Source: Mytilus trossulus
Lineage: Eukaryota
DNA: 64,000 bases
Assembly: GCF_036588685.1 (NCBI RefSeq)
Contig: NC_086386.1
Location: 40,486,001 to 40,550,000, forward strand
Reading direction: 5' to 3'
Below the pieces are notes generated by a model that was given only the letters and a program-made list of their open reading frames with translations, ran no database searches and was not told the origin of the DNA. The position numbers and the translations under genes are program-made. Position 1 is the first letter of the stretch; every line of letters starts with the position of its first letter. Shown piece by piece: positions 39,212 through 54,500 of this stretch.

Positions 39212-42200
39212 TCATATCAAAATATTTATAAATATTGGTTAAACTGTTTATTCAAATAAAGAAAACTTAGTGATTTATTATGTTATTCCAAATATTTAAA
39301 CAAATATAATTTTTTTCAAATCCTTATTTTCAAATGAGCCATTTAAGGGGAGATTGCTTTTTTAGTAAAAAAAAATAATCTGAACTATAAGGGAAATAAA
39401 TGTTTTCCTTGTAGCAAGAAAACGAGTTCGGCAACACCATTTTTTATTTTTATTTTCCTAAAACATATAATAAAACCTATCTATCTTATTTAAAATTCTA
39501 TCTCATAGAATTTTTTTATGCACACAAATGTGTTTTTTTCATGGACAATCTAACCAAAAGGCAACTTTCAACGAATCATAGCTTGAAAAATAGCACGGTG
39601 ACCGATACTTTTTATTATTTTTTTTGGAAAAAGCATAGTAAAATCTTCATTTAATTATGATCTACCTGAAAACAAAATATTTGATTTTATAAATCAGTAT
39701 TTTAAAAAAAGAAGAGGTAAGTCATTTATAACTGCGTCGTTCTTTAAATAAATAAATATGTTATGGATGGCAAATAATCATCTTTTTCATAAATTGCATC
39801 AACCTACAATTCGTAATCAAAACTAATACTTCGAGATGTTGAAATGAAATATCCGAGTGAGTGCATCACCAACGGAAACTAGACAGGACTTGTAAAACCA
39901 TTATAGATCAACCGTGTTCCCACACTGTCGTTCTAAACCAAAGACTTGAAAATTGGTATCTGTTGTTTCTCAGCTAAACAAGTACCATTTATCAGTACGA
40001 AAAATACTGTTATTTTGTGAATTAGCATGTTACAAAATCATGTTCAGCGTGTCGGCCGGGTGTTTATTGATATCCTATTATTTGTGTACTAGTTTTTATT
40101 ATGCATTTAATTTGCAACTGGACGTAACAGAGCCATTTATCAATCCCATGTATCAGACAAATACAATTTTGGAATAAATAACATTGTACATGCTATTTTA
40201 TCCAAGTGTTTAAATCAGTAAAAAATAAAAGTACTTAAGGACCGTCTTGTGAACAGATATAACCCTTAAAAAATAGTCAATCAAAATTGAACTGGGATGT
40301 AGTAACATGAAGGCAACAGTAGTTAAACGCTGTTCGAACATATGACCCGTATTTACGTAACTTTTTTTAATAATAATTATCATACATGCTTGAAAAAAAG
40401 CTTTGTGTGGCAAAACATTTCTTAAAATAAAATGAAAGATACTATAATTTTTTTAAATGGAACTAGGTTGTATTAATTACGTGCATCAGAAGTGCTATTC
40501 TGGACTTACCTTCATCATAAATGCTCAAACCAACAAATCAAAGTGCAAATCAATGTTAGTATAACGATTTGAACGCATAGGTCCTTGTTGGACTGAAATC
40601 AAACGTTAATAATAGAATTATATCTTTATCTCTAGTCTGTTATTTTTGCAAATATTTCTCATTGACAAGATATATCTTTTAAATTACATAAATTATCAAC
40701 AATGATTAAAAAAAATGATTCATATAGTTTAGTTACATTCGAAATACCAAGCCATTAATCTTTTGCATTTTATTCGTAGCAAAAAATCGCAAACAATATG
40801 ACAAAACTTATCAAGTGCGTACTGTAAGGATGGCATAGGTAGGTATGTTTTGTATACTATGGTTGAAATCTGTGTTGGATACCTTCACGGGGATGGTAAG
40901 GTATGGCAAAGTTTAGTAGGATAAATATAATTTATCAAGCAAAATCAAACATACTTTAACCAGGTGTACCAGATCTAATACAACGTTAAATATGTACTCA
41001 ACAGAATACAAGACCAAATTTAACTTTTGTCTTGACTGAAGTGGTAACAATTAAGAAAAGCAGTTTAATCATTCAACACATATATATATCTAGCAGGACA
41101 ATTTGTTGAAACACATGGTGTTATTTTTATGACACAAGAATACTCAATTATTCAAATGAATAGCATCAACATCAAATGTAACCGCTACTATAACATGTTT
41201 TGTATAAACAATCATTATCGGTTAAAATGTATTACGTTGCCATGAAGACGATTAAATCAATCTAGCAAAGCAGAACCCAATATCAACTTATGAATAACAA
41301 GGTTCATGTGATACATTAAGACAAAAGTTTTTTTACCTAGTATGTGTATATATATTTCATTGTGTTCATGACAATCAATTGATTAAGCATACACAAACAA
41401 ATATTTTCTTAAAGCTGGACCTTTTAAAAAAGAAAGGGTTTGTTTTGTAGATTGTTGTTGGTCCTATAGTCGTTTATATGATATTGAATATCCCTTTGGT
41501 ATATTCCACCTCTTTTCCTACAATCTTTGGGATGTATCGTTTGCTAATATCATTTTTTTTTTTTTTTATTAAATCGAATTTTCATTTGTAATCAATTTAT
41601 TAAAATGATAAATTGAAAGAAAAGATCTTTCATTTACAGCTGATATATTATTGAGCGATCTCATTGTATCTGAAGGACGAATTTTGGGTCTTCTTCTGTA
41701 TTTTAGATTTATCGTGAAAATGTAAACACACTTTCACGTAGTCTAAACTTCAATCAAATACGAGTATTGCATGGTTTCAAAACTTTCTGCAGTTCAAGTT
41801 ATAACTTATGTCATCAGCTTAGTTTTTCCAATTTTTATTTAATTATAACATTGCTGAAAAAAGTTTTTTTCTTTAATGCTGTAATATTTGATTAAACCTT
41901 GTATGCTAAACACATGTTTCTATAGGGTTCAAGTTACGTTTCTTTAACATATTGACTACTTGTGATCGTTGTTAACTAGTATGTAATTACTCCTTGTAAT
42001 ACTAGTACTAAATTTTAAATAAAACGTAATGCCAGTAAACACACATTCGTTTTATTCTTTCAAATAGCATATATATAATTAGTCAAAACTGAAAATGGCA
42101 TCTGTGGAAATTCCTTTTACAAAGCAATTATGTAATAGCGAAAATATAACAATATACCTCGTTAAGAAATTCTATAATTGCTTTTTAAATTTATGTTATG

Positions 42201-43482
42201 CATCTTACTTATTTGTTTTTCAATAATACAAATTTATACTATCCACTATGCATATTGTTTAGTCGCCATGAGGTCAGATTTCTGGCATATTTTGTTTGAA
42301 ATTATGTAGTGGATCATTATCTAATGATAAGCTTATATAGCATGTTGTTTGTCTTTACTTTTGTTCATTTCCTTTGATTTGCCGCGTTTTTCCCTGGGGA
42401 ATGACCATTTGATATTTCACGAGGGGGAGGTAAGGGAAGGATGATAATTTGAAAGTAAATAGACCTGGTAAGAACTGATAAGTAAAAACTTTACTGTCAA
42501 TAAACGATCTAAATTAAATATGTTCAGAAGTGAAAATAAGGTAAAAAGCGGCCAAAAGGCACGCGTAGCAACAGTAGGAAAGTAATGAATCCCGGAAATC
42601 GTAATTCACACTGTTTTACGCGGGAAAACCAAATGGCCACATCCTTTCCATGTTGTTGAATGATTAAATGATATTCTTAAGCTTAATGCACAAACAATGT
42701 TAAAATTTGACTTTATTTTTTTATTTTTTTTATTTCCTTGTCCTGAATATGCATTTTATTTTACTTTGGCCGTTAAACAATCCGTCAGCATCAACGTTTT
42801 TCCTCAAATATATAGATTAAAAGATAATTTGATTGCAAACGAGATAAATCTCCAGTAGAAACCAATAGCGAAAATTAAGTACGTTTGGAAAAATATAATC
42901 TTTGGACAATATAAAATGCATTTCTAAAAACGCATTTCGTAATAGTATATAGGAATACAGCCTAATTGTCAGTATTTCGTTATCTACGAAATAAAATATT
43001 ATCACAGCAATATGAGACAGCGAAGACAGATATTATTAGTTACATAGTTTGTTAGTTACCTAATATTTCGTCTCTCCACGCGGATGCTTTTAACCAATCA
43101 TATTCCTAGAAATGTTTAGGAGGTAAGATTTAATGCAATATAGGAAAGTGGATAAGGCCTTGTGAAATGGAATTAAGTCATTGCTCTATGTAAAAATCAG
43201 GTATTTTTAATGAGTCTTTATGTACATAATACTTTAACCAAAGTGCATAAATATGTTAGGTTCACAATACATATCTAAAATTAAATGGAAAAAAATCAAT
43301 TGGCTGATGCTTTTATCGGATGTTTGTGACAAGCACGTTTTTCAAAAGGTATATTTGTATATGAAGTATTGAATTGTTGGCTTGCTTGTCACATTTATCC
43401 AATACGCGCGAAAGCTAATCGAGATTTTTTTTCCATTTTATTTCATATTTTGTTTTACACTTACCTTAATTCGACTCATAAA

Positions 43483-46400
43483 ATGGATGTTATGTTTTAC
43501 CAAATCAAACTGATGCATTTAAGTATTAATATGATTTTATTATTCGATGGTAAGTGCTTTTCTATTTTTTTATTATTGATATCTTAGCGAGAAAATGGTG
43601 CTTTTTTCGATGCATACTGTATTTAGAGGGAGGAGTGTTTGATTTAATAATTTTAGTAATGTATTTACTTTGTTGACAGATTTTTCTGTGGACTGTTACT
43701 TTAATAGATATAGGAAGATGTGGTGTGAGTGCTTTATTTGAAAATCATCAATACCACATAAAAAAACTGGCGAATTTATCTATCGAATTCGACATATCAC
43801 CGGCTCTGTATTTATATGAGCAGCACGATAGGTGTCACATGTATAACAGGATCAGTTTAACCCTCTGGAGCACATTTGAGCCCCTCCCCATGTTTTGTTA
43901 GTGATCGGTTTTTGTCTTAGGTTATGTGTGTCGTTTTGTGAGCTGTTTGTTTTTCTTTTATATTTTAGCCTTGACGTTGACAGTTAATTTAGTTTAAATG
44001 CCTCGTTAATATTCTTCTCTATTTTATATAAGTATCGCTTTCTTATCAAATTATCAACAAATACTAAGATAATGCAAATAACACAATTTTCGTATCTGTG
44101 GAAAAGAAAATCGTTCATTTCATAACTTTAAGGCATGTTACGTTACATTGATTTAAACTGTGATTTGATTAACCTGATCATCAGTTTCAATATATACCTG
44201 ATTTAGACGGCAGCTCCACGGCTGTTCCTATATACATTAATGATTATGAAATTTTATCAGAAGCAAACATATAATCATTTTAAATGCATTTAATCAACTT
44301 TAGCTAACATCTTGTGCTCATTTAGGATTGTATTCAAGATCTGTATAATATAAAAACAAAAATATGTTCTGACCCTTGAAATTGCAAATATTGCGTTTTT
44401 CTTCAAAATAAAGATAAAAAAAGGCAACATGAGTAAACCGCTGTTCAATAATCAAAGTTAGAAAATATAATATGAAATGTATTGCCTTTCCGTATCTGAT
44501 TAGTCTGGAAAAACGGAAATCGACCTAATATTCACCTTTGAGTTAGCACCTTAGACTTTTTGATAGTTTCTTATTTTATCAAGGATATTTAAGCAATGTG
44601 AAGATGACTTGCTAATTATATCCTTAGTGAATATCAATCTGTAGCGGTATCAACCGAGTAACACAAAATTAAGAGAAAACAAATTGAAAACCTTTAACAA
44701 TATCATTTCATGAAAACTGTGAATTAGAATATAATTTACACAGTTAAGTATAATCATGTTTAGATATAAGATATTTATTTTTATCAAAATAGGTTTTGTA
44801 ATTTTGTTTCGTCTAATATTTTGTATACAAATGATATTTATTGTTGCAGTTTGCAACTCTTTAAGACTATCAACTACTAATCAAGGAAACATAGATGCCG
44901 AAACAATTCCAAATGTGTATGAATTTTATACCAAACTGACCACTTTTGGTGTATCTCGCGTAACTGGAACTTTTCTGACGTTTCAAGTTAAGTCATGTAG
45001 AGATGCAGCTGTCCTCTTGTCCACTTCGGCTGATTTAATATCAACCGATTTTTACGAAATATTCTACGGAGGAGGAGGAAATTCCCAAATATTCTTATCT
45101 CGTAACTTCGGCACCAATGTTGCACAATCAAATGCAAGAAATCTTTTGGATTGTAACAATATGGTAACACTGTGGGTCAGTTGGGCAAATGGTATACTCA
45201 AAACTGGAACAGGGTCGATCAAAGGACAGAATCAAATCATGGAATGGAATGATCCAAACTCATCCTTAGATGTTGCAGGCATTGGCATCATGTCTGCATG
45301 GGGAAGTAATGCTGAATGGATATTTTCATCTGGAGGTAATTAAGAAAATAATTTTACGGTATATATTTTACAATGACCAATGAAAGTAATGCATGTTTAT
45401 AATATCCATATTGAGAGTTTACTAATATAAAGCAATATGGTAAAAAACAGATACCAGAATTTATCGATGCTCAAATCTCGTAATTACCTCTAGAGCATAC
45501 AAATCAAGATAAAGGAATTGCATAAATCCCCCATTATTAGTTTTACTGCGTTCGTGAACAAGATAACCACAAGAAGATTTATGATTCAAGATAAGACAAC
45601 CAATTAATGATGGTGCTAGTAAATTTGAAAAAGTGCCAATTTTAGTCCTTTTTCATTAAATCCCTGTTGAACCAGTTTTTATACTTTGGATTCATTATTA
45701 TTCGTAATTCGGATATCAATTTTCATGGATACAAGTGAGCCACGAAATTAAATGTTCAACGAATAACCAAAACTTCTATATACTTGTAAACACACTTTTT
45801 TGAAAAACCATGAAATTTAATATCCACGAAAAGTTTTCCTTAATCCACGACATTTCATTTTCAGTCACTTAGTTCATTTTCAGAATTATCCATGTTATCA
45901 ACTGTCGATAATTCAGTACTATTCAGAAAATTCGCACACCTGCAGTTATGAACTGCTCTTTCTGATCGACATCATACCTATTCTTTAAAAGTACGCAACT
46001 GAATGAAGTAGGTTTGTAAAAAACATGACAGAAAGACTGAAATGGATAAATATTTTAATAAACTTTTGAGACAAAAATTCATTTACTAGTTGGTTGAAAA
46101 CCACATACCATAAGTAAAACGGTCAAATAATGTTGCGTGCTATTTCCTTTCGTGCACACTCCTTGTCATAATTTGTTATAACGTGCATAAGCAATCACGT
46201 ACCATATTGAGATGTGAAAATCCCGTTAAAACATGCGGAAGACATACGTTTTTGTATAACCGCTTAAATAGAAATGAAGCAAAAAAACAAAAAAACTGCA
46301 TTTGTAAGTGTGTCATTTATTATCAATTAAAATTGTCTTTATGTTGCAAAATGATACAGACTATGACAAAGATACAGAACTCATAGTTTAATAGTACAAG

Positions 46401-47333
46401 AAGTGTACATAATTAAAATCTTACTTTATGAAGAAATAGAACTAGTAAAAAAAACTGACTTGGTAAATTATTTTTTTTAAAGAAAACGGTCAGCTTAACT
46501 GGTTTTTAGCTAAACTCTCACTTGTTTGATAGTTGTTTTACTTTATTGTTCTGTTTAATTGTTAGCGTTGGCAGAAATATGGGTTAGTCAGTGACCAGGT
46601 TTCATTGATTATCTAACAGTGTTATTATGAACATGTCTAGATGATTTTGTTAGATTTTGCTTAAATTTGCTTTAGATGTTTTACATTTATTCTGCTTTAT
46701 ATGAGGACAGATAAAGTCTGGGAGTATATAAAGGTGTGTTCAATAATACTAATTAAAAAAAAGAAGATGTGGTATGATTGACAATGAGACAACCCTCCAC
46801 AGGAGACGAAAGTGACACAGAAATTAACAAATAAAGGTCACGGTGCGGCCTTCAACAATGAGTAAAGGACTAATCGAGATACCGACTGGTTTTTCAAATA
46901 TCACAAAACTCTACAAAAATGCCAGGAAAAATTCATATATGTTGCGTGCTATAATATTTGAAATCAATATATTTTAGGTAATGCAGTAAAAAATGTTGGA
47001 ACAAAAAAAAACATTACTATAAGTTAAATGATTTTTTTTTAAATAATAATAGTATCTTAGGTTTCATCGTAGATGACTTAATCTTTCATTTCAGATATCG
47101 GATATGATATAAAGTTTTGTGGATCTGCAGGAAAAAAATTCACTAATACAGGTGTTACCATGTACAACCTAACGGAATTAAAGTGTGCTTTCAGATGTAT
47201 TGGGTCTGATTCTTGTGTGGGCTTTGATTACAACGACAAACTACAGAAATGCCATATGGTTACAGACAATGGCTTTCTTCAAAACGGACATGACAATGAC
47301 TCCATATTGTATACTAAATGTTGGTCAATTTAA
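43483..47333 (+). CDS. Secreted Methyltransf_FA + PAN/Apple domain protein, paralogue C (exons 43483-43549, 44850-45335, 47095-47333; 263 aa)
   Basis: Exon 1 reads MDVMFYQIKLMHLSINMILLFD with a phase-1 donor gatg|gtaagt and the same start context as paralogue B (tcataaaATGga). Exon 2 is ttgcag|tttgc ... ggag|gtaatt. Exon 3 is ttcag|atatcg ... TAA, encoding KFCGSAG...KCAFRCIGSDSCVGFDYNDKLQKCHM...KCWSI. Confidence 0.88.
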
Positions 47334-47885
47334 AAAGAAAAAGATACATATACATCAAATGTATATGAACCATTACCACTGAACGTTCCTAACAGATAGT
47401 CTTTGTAACCCTTAAAATTTAAAACCGTAAAAGCAAAAACGTTTGTTGCCTGTGTTATTTGTAGAAAATTCAATAATCCATATTCGCCATCCCCCACTCG
47501 GCTGGTGCTCTCGATTCAAATCTTAATTGAGTAGGATTGTCAGTTTTCCTATCGAAGGTCGGTGGTTTTCTCCGGGCACTCCGGCATCTTCCACCAATAT
47601 AAACTGGCCGCTACGAATTGACTGTCCCTCTGGTATATTTCGCCCCCTCCTTTATCTTATCACGAATTAGCCAGTTCCATTATGTTGTTCTAAATTTTCT
47701 GCGTTTCAAGTGGAATAATCTTACTCTTGTGTCTTTTGTTGGATTGTTATAAACACGTATTTAATAGGTTTTAATGATGGATGCGATTGCTTTATGGTTT
47801 CAAATCATAAAATTGAGGTATTCCTTGAGAATTTTTAGAAATGCCATCAAAGTGTAGTTCAACATAATGCAATATCTGCCACATA

Positions 47886-48142
47886 CACAGGAAAAATTGC
47901 AACACTGTTTTTCATATGTTTTCAAAATATATGAAAACCATATGATTTTTGTATGTTTTTATATATGTCAGTCCCAAACAAATAAAAAACATATGTTTAC
48001 ATATGTTTTAAAACATATGAAAACATATAGAAGCACACATATTTTCATATATTTTATAGAATATGTTTACAGATTTTTGTAAACATATGAAAAACATAAT
48101 TATGTTAAACATATGAAAACATATGATGCAATTTTTCCTATG
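47886..48142. mobile_element. Short TA-flanked MITE with CAC/CAT termini and CATATG subterminal repeats
   Basis: TA|cacaggaaaaattgca ... tgcaatttttcctatg|TA; the interior is built from aaaacatatg/catatgtttt repeats. Confidence 0.7.
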
Positions 48143-48185
48143 TATAATTAAGATATATTTGTTGGCGTTTTGTCAGATCTGTTTT

Positions 48186-48299
48186 ATGTTTGTTAGAAAA
48201 AAAATTTAATCAGTTTTGTTCTATGGCTGTGAAATATGTTTAATGTTTGTTAGAAAAAAAATTTAATCAGTTTTGTTCTATGGCTGTGAAATATGTTTA
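48186..48299. repeat. Perfect 57-bp tandem duplication
   Basis: atgtttgttagaaaaaaaatttaatcag...gaaatatgttta occurs twice (starts 48186 and 48243). Confidence 0.9.
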
Positions 48300-50804
48300 G
48301 ACAGTTTTACTGCAGTATTATTGAAAGGTAAACCATGTATGTCTATTTGGCTTGCCCAACAAACAGACTTTTTACATTTTATCGACTTTTGACAGGATAC
48401 CTTTTCCGCGAAAAGTTATTTTTTTCCTAGTTCCTAGTTTTCCTAGTTCCCATGCAGTTAAGTGTTTGTGTGGAAATTTTTTTATATTCTCTTTGAATCT
48501 TTTCTTTTTCCCTCCAAATTTTGTCACCTGATGTACTCAATGAAACAATATCTGATTTCATGACTCTTTTTAAACGTTCTCTATTAATATAGCAAAATCT
48601 GATGACTAATCCAGCATTGACGTTTGATATATCTAGATTTAAATTTGACTCTTAGGGGTGTTTTCAGATGTTTTAAAAGTTTACTTGGGTTTTTTTTGTC
48701 GTATTTCTGGGAGGGTGAAACAATGTCATTGGCAGTCCGTGAACTATATATGAATTTAATTATCCCTTTGGCAATTTCTCACCTCATTCCCAAGCTGTCT
48801 ATAGAATAAAATGTTTTCTTCTTCTTGAATTTGAAAGTGGGTTGCTATCCTTTTCCAACTGAGTTCTAACAAAGAAGGTAAATCATACCTTAACAATGTT
48901 TTTGGAAACGCCCACACTCAATATAAAGAAGCAACCGATAAAAATAAATTAATTACTCCAATTTCTGTTTTGTTTTACTTTTTTTTTTATAGCAATAGCA
49001 ATGCTCAATAATAATTATCGCTTAATAGCATCTTCGGAACTGTGCATGCTCCTTCATTTAAACTCTTTTCAATTGAGGATGCATGTACAAAATCTACCTA
49101 GTTTGGGTACATAACACTCGGTTTCCTTTAACAGTATTTACATTCGAACATTATACTTATTATAATCTGAGTATCAATTACATATTTTAAATTGAATTTT
49201 GCTGGAAATGCAAACAACAGCTTCCATTAATAATGTCATAATTTTGATTCATAAAACACTTTTCTAAATATCAATTAAAATTATTATGTTAAAGATACAT
49301 ACCAACCGATCTCATACGTATAGATTGTTGCCATCACAATCCGTTAATTTGTTTTTGGAAGAAATGCGAACATCGATGAGGAATCAAAACTGTTAATTTA
49401 ACAGTTGTTTTACATTAATGACTGTTCGTAGATAAAAAGTGAAATCACAAAAATACTGAACTCTGAGAAAATTCAAAACGGAAAGTCTCTAATAAAAATG
49501 GCATAATTGAAAGCTCATACATATCAAACGAATGTTTAACAAAATCTAATAAAGGGATATTTAAAAGAAAACACGGTAGAAATGCATAGCCTAAATTTCG
49601 TCAGAACTGAAGTAGTGAAGAATGATTTTTTTTTATTTTATTCACTAATGGCAATTTTACACAATGTTCTAGGTACGGTTAAAACGTGACATTTCCTTTT
49701 ATCATACAAGTCGATATAGGAAGTGTTTCCTTCCTGTATCATATCTTTTATTTTCAGCAGCTGATAATTTTATTGTGATTATGTAAATACGGTTTAGATT
49801 ATTGTAAAATGCTGTAGTAACATCAGGATTAATTGATTCTCAACTCAAATATTAAATTCTCACGAATAATTATTCAAATGATCTCCCCGAAATAATATAG
49901 AAATAGTAGTTTTGTTGTGTTTTAAATGCTAATTTGATCGTGTATTTTAAAACTATTTTTTATATTTTCCGTCCTTCATTCAATGTTCAATTTTTTATTT
50001 TGGCTTTTTATATAAAGCCTTTAAGTTGTTTCAATATTAATATCTGTTAATAAAAATTTAAATTCGTCTCGACTACTGATTTTTGCAATGCATCATGACA
50101 TCTACTTAAATGTGAATTAATGCTGACCACTTACAGGTGGTAAACATTCGCATTTATTTTTTCTAGATGCACGTATCCTATTGATAAATTGATTTGCTAG
50201 TGATATCTGGGAATGCCGGCATCCGAATTATCCAGATGATCACGTCCCAAATAATGTTCCTATACATCTATCTTTGGACATCAATGCGCATGATCTATTT
50301 ACTCCTTTACCTACTGTAGAACTAAAACTACTAGAATCTTACGTATGGCACGTTGTAATAACTAATTGCAAATAAAATTACATATTATATCATGTATAGA
50401 CACTATAGCATTGGATTTGTAGATACAATAAATGGATCTGTTCTTTGTCAAATAATCAATTATATCATCAGTTTAACTAGAAAATAGCAAATTCCTGTAC
50501 CAAGTCAGGAATATGACAGTTCTTGTCCATTCGTTTTTGATGCGTTTTGTTTTTTGATTTTGCCATGTGATTATGGACTTTCCAAATTGATTTTCCTCTG
50601 AGTTCAGTATTTTTGTGATTTTACTTTTTAGTGTTACAATACTAAATATAAAACTATCCTCGACTAGAACAAAACAATACGAAATACAGTCATGGACATG
50701 TTGAATTGAAGATAAGGAGGGGGCGAAAGATACCAGAGGGACAGTCAAACTCATAGATCGAAAATAAACTAACTACGCCATGGCTAAAAATGAAAACGAC
50801 AAAT

Positions 50805-51010
50805 ACGGGGCCGAGTGATCTTATTGGTCGAACTACAGTATCACTAACATGTCAACTTTACAGTTGTAAGTTCGCATCCCGCAATTGGATTATCAATTCG
50901 CATACTGAAGGTCGGTGATTCTTTCCGGCTTTCTCTGCCATTTAAAACTTTCCGCCACAAAATAGCACAATAGTGATCAATGTGGCATTAAACACCATTC
51001 AATCAATCAT
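50805..51010 (+). mobile_element. V-domain-like SINE (tRNA head, V core, ATCA tail)
   Basis: ggccgagtg...agttcgcatcc head, gaaggtcggtgattctttccggctttctc core and ttaaacaccattcaatcaatca tail. A related core lies at 47500-47617 (ggtcggtggttttctccgggcactccggc). Confidence 0.5.
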
Positions 51011-51543
51011 TTTATTCATGCCAAACATATTTCTTTTTATTTCAGTGCTTCGTTAATATTTTAAAATGAAACATGTTGAGATAATATCACTTAAAGGTTT
51101 TTTTCTAGATAATGTAACTAGATTATTTGTTTTGACTTATATTGATTTATGGGGGGCGGGGGTCTTTTCTTTTTCTTCATTTAGCAATAATAGCGATGAG
51201 CACTTAGACTTTACTTATGAACATATGATATGCAAGTGGGCGGTTTACCTTGATAAAATTACTTCATTTGCCCACCATTATGTACTTATTTAGGAACATT
51301 ACAGTTGTTTTCATTTTTGTTCGGTTGGTTAATATAGTATACCACTTTACAGTCTTTCTCAGTTTTTAATTCATCTTGGACTTCGGTATTTCTATTGACA
51401 TAATTAAGTATATGGTCATAAGTACTTGAAATTGGAAACAAGTACAAAAATGAAAATACTTATCTTTGTATATTGTATTGAATCTTATGATTATTGAATA
51501 AAAAAAATTACAACAACTGTATGAAGCTTTTAAGAATATATTT

Positions 51544-54500
51544 CTAATATTTCTTTCTTTCTGTAATTGTGTTTTCATCTGCTCTTTCGTCAATAATTGA
51601 TCGGTTGTAGCTGTCTTTGAACATAAACATAAGTGGGATGCAGATACATATCACACTTAATAGGCACCAATTCTCCCAATCTGTTCCTGAAAAACACAAT
51701 TTTTACACAATTTTTGACAATTCTACCTAAGGAAAAGATTATCTTAGCTGTATTCGGCAATTTATTTAGGAACTTTGGTCCTCAATGCTCTTCCACTTCG
51801 TACTTTATTTGAAATGTTTATACTTTTTTGGATTCGAGCGCCACTGACGAGTCTTTTGTAGACGAAACGCGCGTCTTGCGTAAATACAAAATTTTAATTC
51901 TGGTATTTATAATGAGTTTATTTGAGAAATCAAAATACACAGTAATATGCAGTTACTGTATCAGAATCATTTTTTCACGTTATCGATTTTATGTTACTTT
52001 TACAGATCTTGACTTTCCTATGGGTTTGTTTGTTTTCTAGTACTGATGTCAATTATCATAGGACCAAGGGTTAACTGATGTATTGAAATATAGTCACAGC
52101 GAGTTCTCTAATCGGGCAGTATTATTTAGCTATGCAGGATGAATAAATACTCATCTACGTCAAGCATAATATTGATATTAAATGGTTATGTCTCCATGGT
52201 AAGATCGTGTAATTCAGGAAAAATATTTTAATTGTTTACCTATACTTGGAATCATCTGTAGTAGCAAAAATATAAAACTACCAACATTACACATGGTTGT
52301 TAGAAGCACGTTAGTTAGACCTTCTGACACTGGATAACACACTTCACAGGCCATTTCAAAATATAATGGTGTCGCTGCTTGTAAGCATATCGTTCCAAGA
52401 ATAATGGCAGCATACAAGGATACTGTAAAATATAGAAGGCAGTAAACTATTAGAAAAGGACATTTAAATCAGAGTTTCAACTTTATATCAACATAACCAC
52501 GATCGAAATCGACCTTTCATTTTGTCTTAAGGATGTTTGCTAGACAAAAATAAACCACTGGTTTACCCATGTAGTAAAATTACATTTATTTTCCCCACTA
52601 ATCCCTACAGTTTTCATAATTTTATTTACATAGAGTTTGAAAACCCATTTTCGAAAATGCTATAGAGTCCTTGTTAAGAAAAAGGGTTCCAATGTCAAAT
52701 GAATGAAAAGTCTAGAGAAAATTATTTCCCGATATATTTTCAATGGTTTATTTCCAAAACACTGACACGGACCTTTCCTTTTTTCTGCATTCAGTTCCAT
52801 TATTGATATGCTATCAATTTAAAACAGTATTTATAAAGCTTGTTATTTTTAAACAGAGTATCAAATGTCCTTAAATATAAACAGTACTCACCTCTTTAAA
52901 AATGTATTATTTATATCAGGAAATTGAATTTACATGTTTTTCGTTTGTTGTTTTGTCTTTAAACAGGACGTTAATGTTATGGTTTAAATTGTTTCACGTT
53001 TTTTCAAGTCGGGTCTTTTTTACTGACTATACGAGGTTTTTTTAAAAGCAGGTTTCAACATTCTCCCAAATAAAACAAAATGGAGGGATTGCATTCTAGT
53101 TATCTTTCTCGCTGTTTATATTCTTCGTGTTATCCGGGGGCATATAGAGGAATTCTTCAATGTCTACACTTGACATAAAACGGATATTTGATTAATGTAG
53201 TAATTGTTTTATTAACTTAGAAGGACGAAACATGTTTCCAACCAGGAACTTATTTGATTTTACCTGTCGAATTCGGAAGGATGTCGTTGACTAGAAGTGT
53301 AAACCATAAAAATCCAATGAAACTTCCAAAATAAATACATATCAGGAACATGCGCAAATGTTTGTTGAACATATCAGCAAATCTAAAAATAATTGAAATA
53401 ATTTTCAAATGCAGTAATTCAGAACTATATATTATATACATGATACAATACAAGTCTTTCATTTGGCAAAATATATCTTGTTATTTTTTTTTCTTGTGGC
53501 TTCTCGTTTAAGGAATGTTTGAATGTTATCCTAGTATTTAGTTTTGAACGTCATTGGAAAGATAAAAAGAAAACGTTTACCCGTTCAAATATCTTAATTT
53601 GCCAGTGTCAGTCCAAATTTCCCCGATCGTTATCCCGGAGAGCCTCGATTACAATACCTACCTATTGTGTATATTGTTAACTCGTTTGCCTCTTGAACAT
53701 GGATGAAATATTGACACTGGCTTAGATTATATGACAATGGGAAGGAACAAAACGTTACATCAAATCAAAGAACATGTATATCTGTCACAAACGCTCTTCA
53801 AAGAATCAGTCGAAAATTAAAATTTCTTCTAAATTGTTTCTTCCCTGAAAACGCATCCACTGAAACACAAAACTATCTTCCGTATCGTCTACGTAATCCT
53901 GACGAAATTGTCAGAACAAGGCCCGTCAAAAGTTATCTCATATATTTTATATCTACATTTGTATGATTTTTTCTTTGTATACGTAAGATTTCCTAATATT
54001 CAATAGTTGTAACAAGACTTTAGTTTTGGATGCGTTTCCGAATAAAAAGAAATTATATCTGACACTCAACAACACAGCTATAGTCAAATGTGCAATGTTT
54101 ATGAGAAATGCACACGGGAAATAACTATAAAGAACAGAAACTATTGAACATTTTCGATAAAAGTACTTTTATTCTACGTTATAGTGAGTACTGCGGTCTA
54201 TATTTATTTGTGGGTTTTTCTTCTGATTTTGATGATTTTTCCATATTCTATTGGCCCGAGACCACAATTAATTCCTCTATCATTTCTTTATAACGTTTTG
54301 TCGCATTAAAAAAAATTTGCCTATTCTTTTTGTCTAATTTTTTGTGTGTAGTAGTGTACAGTACAAGTCCAAAAATATATGCAATTTTCAGAAAAATTGC
54401 ATGATTACATCATACAAATTTGGCCAATACACATCCATACCCCTATAGGCAAGTCAAGAGATGTTCCGAAAAGTGTAAATATAACCTTTTTGCACCTGGC

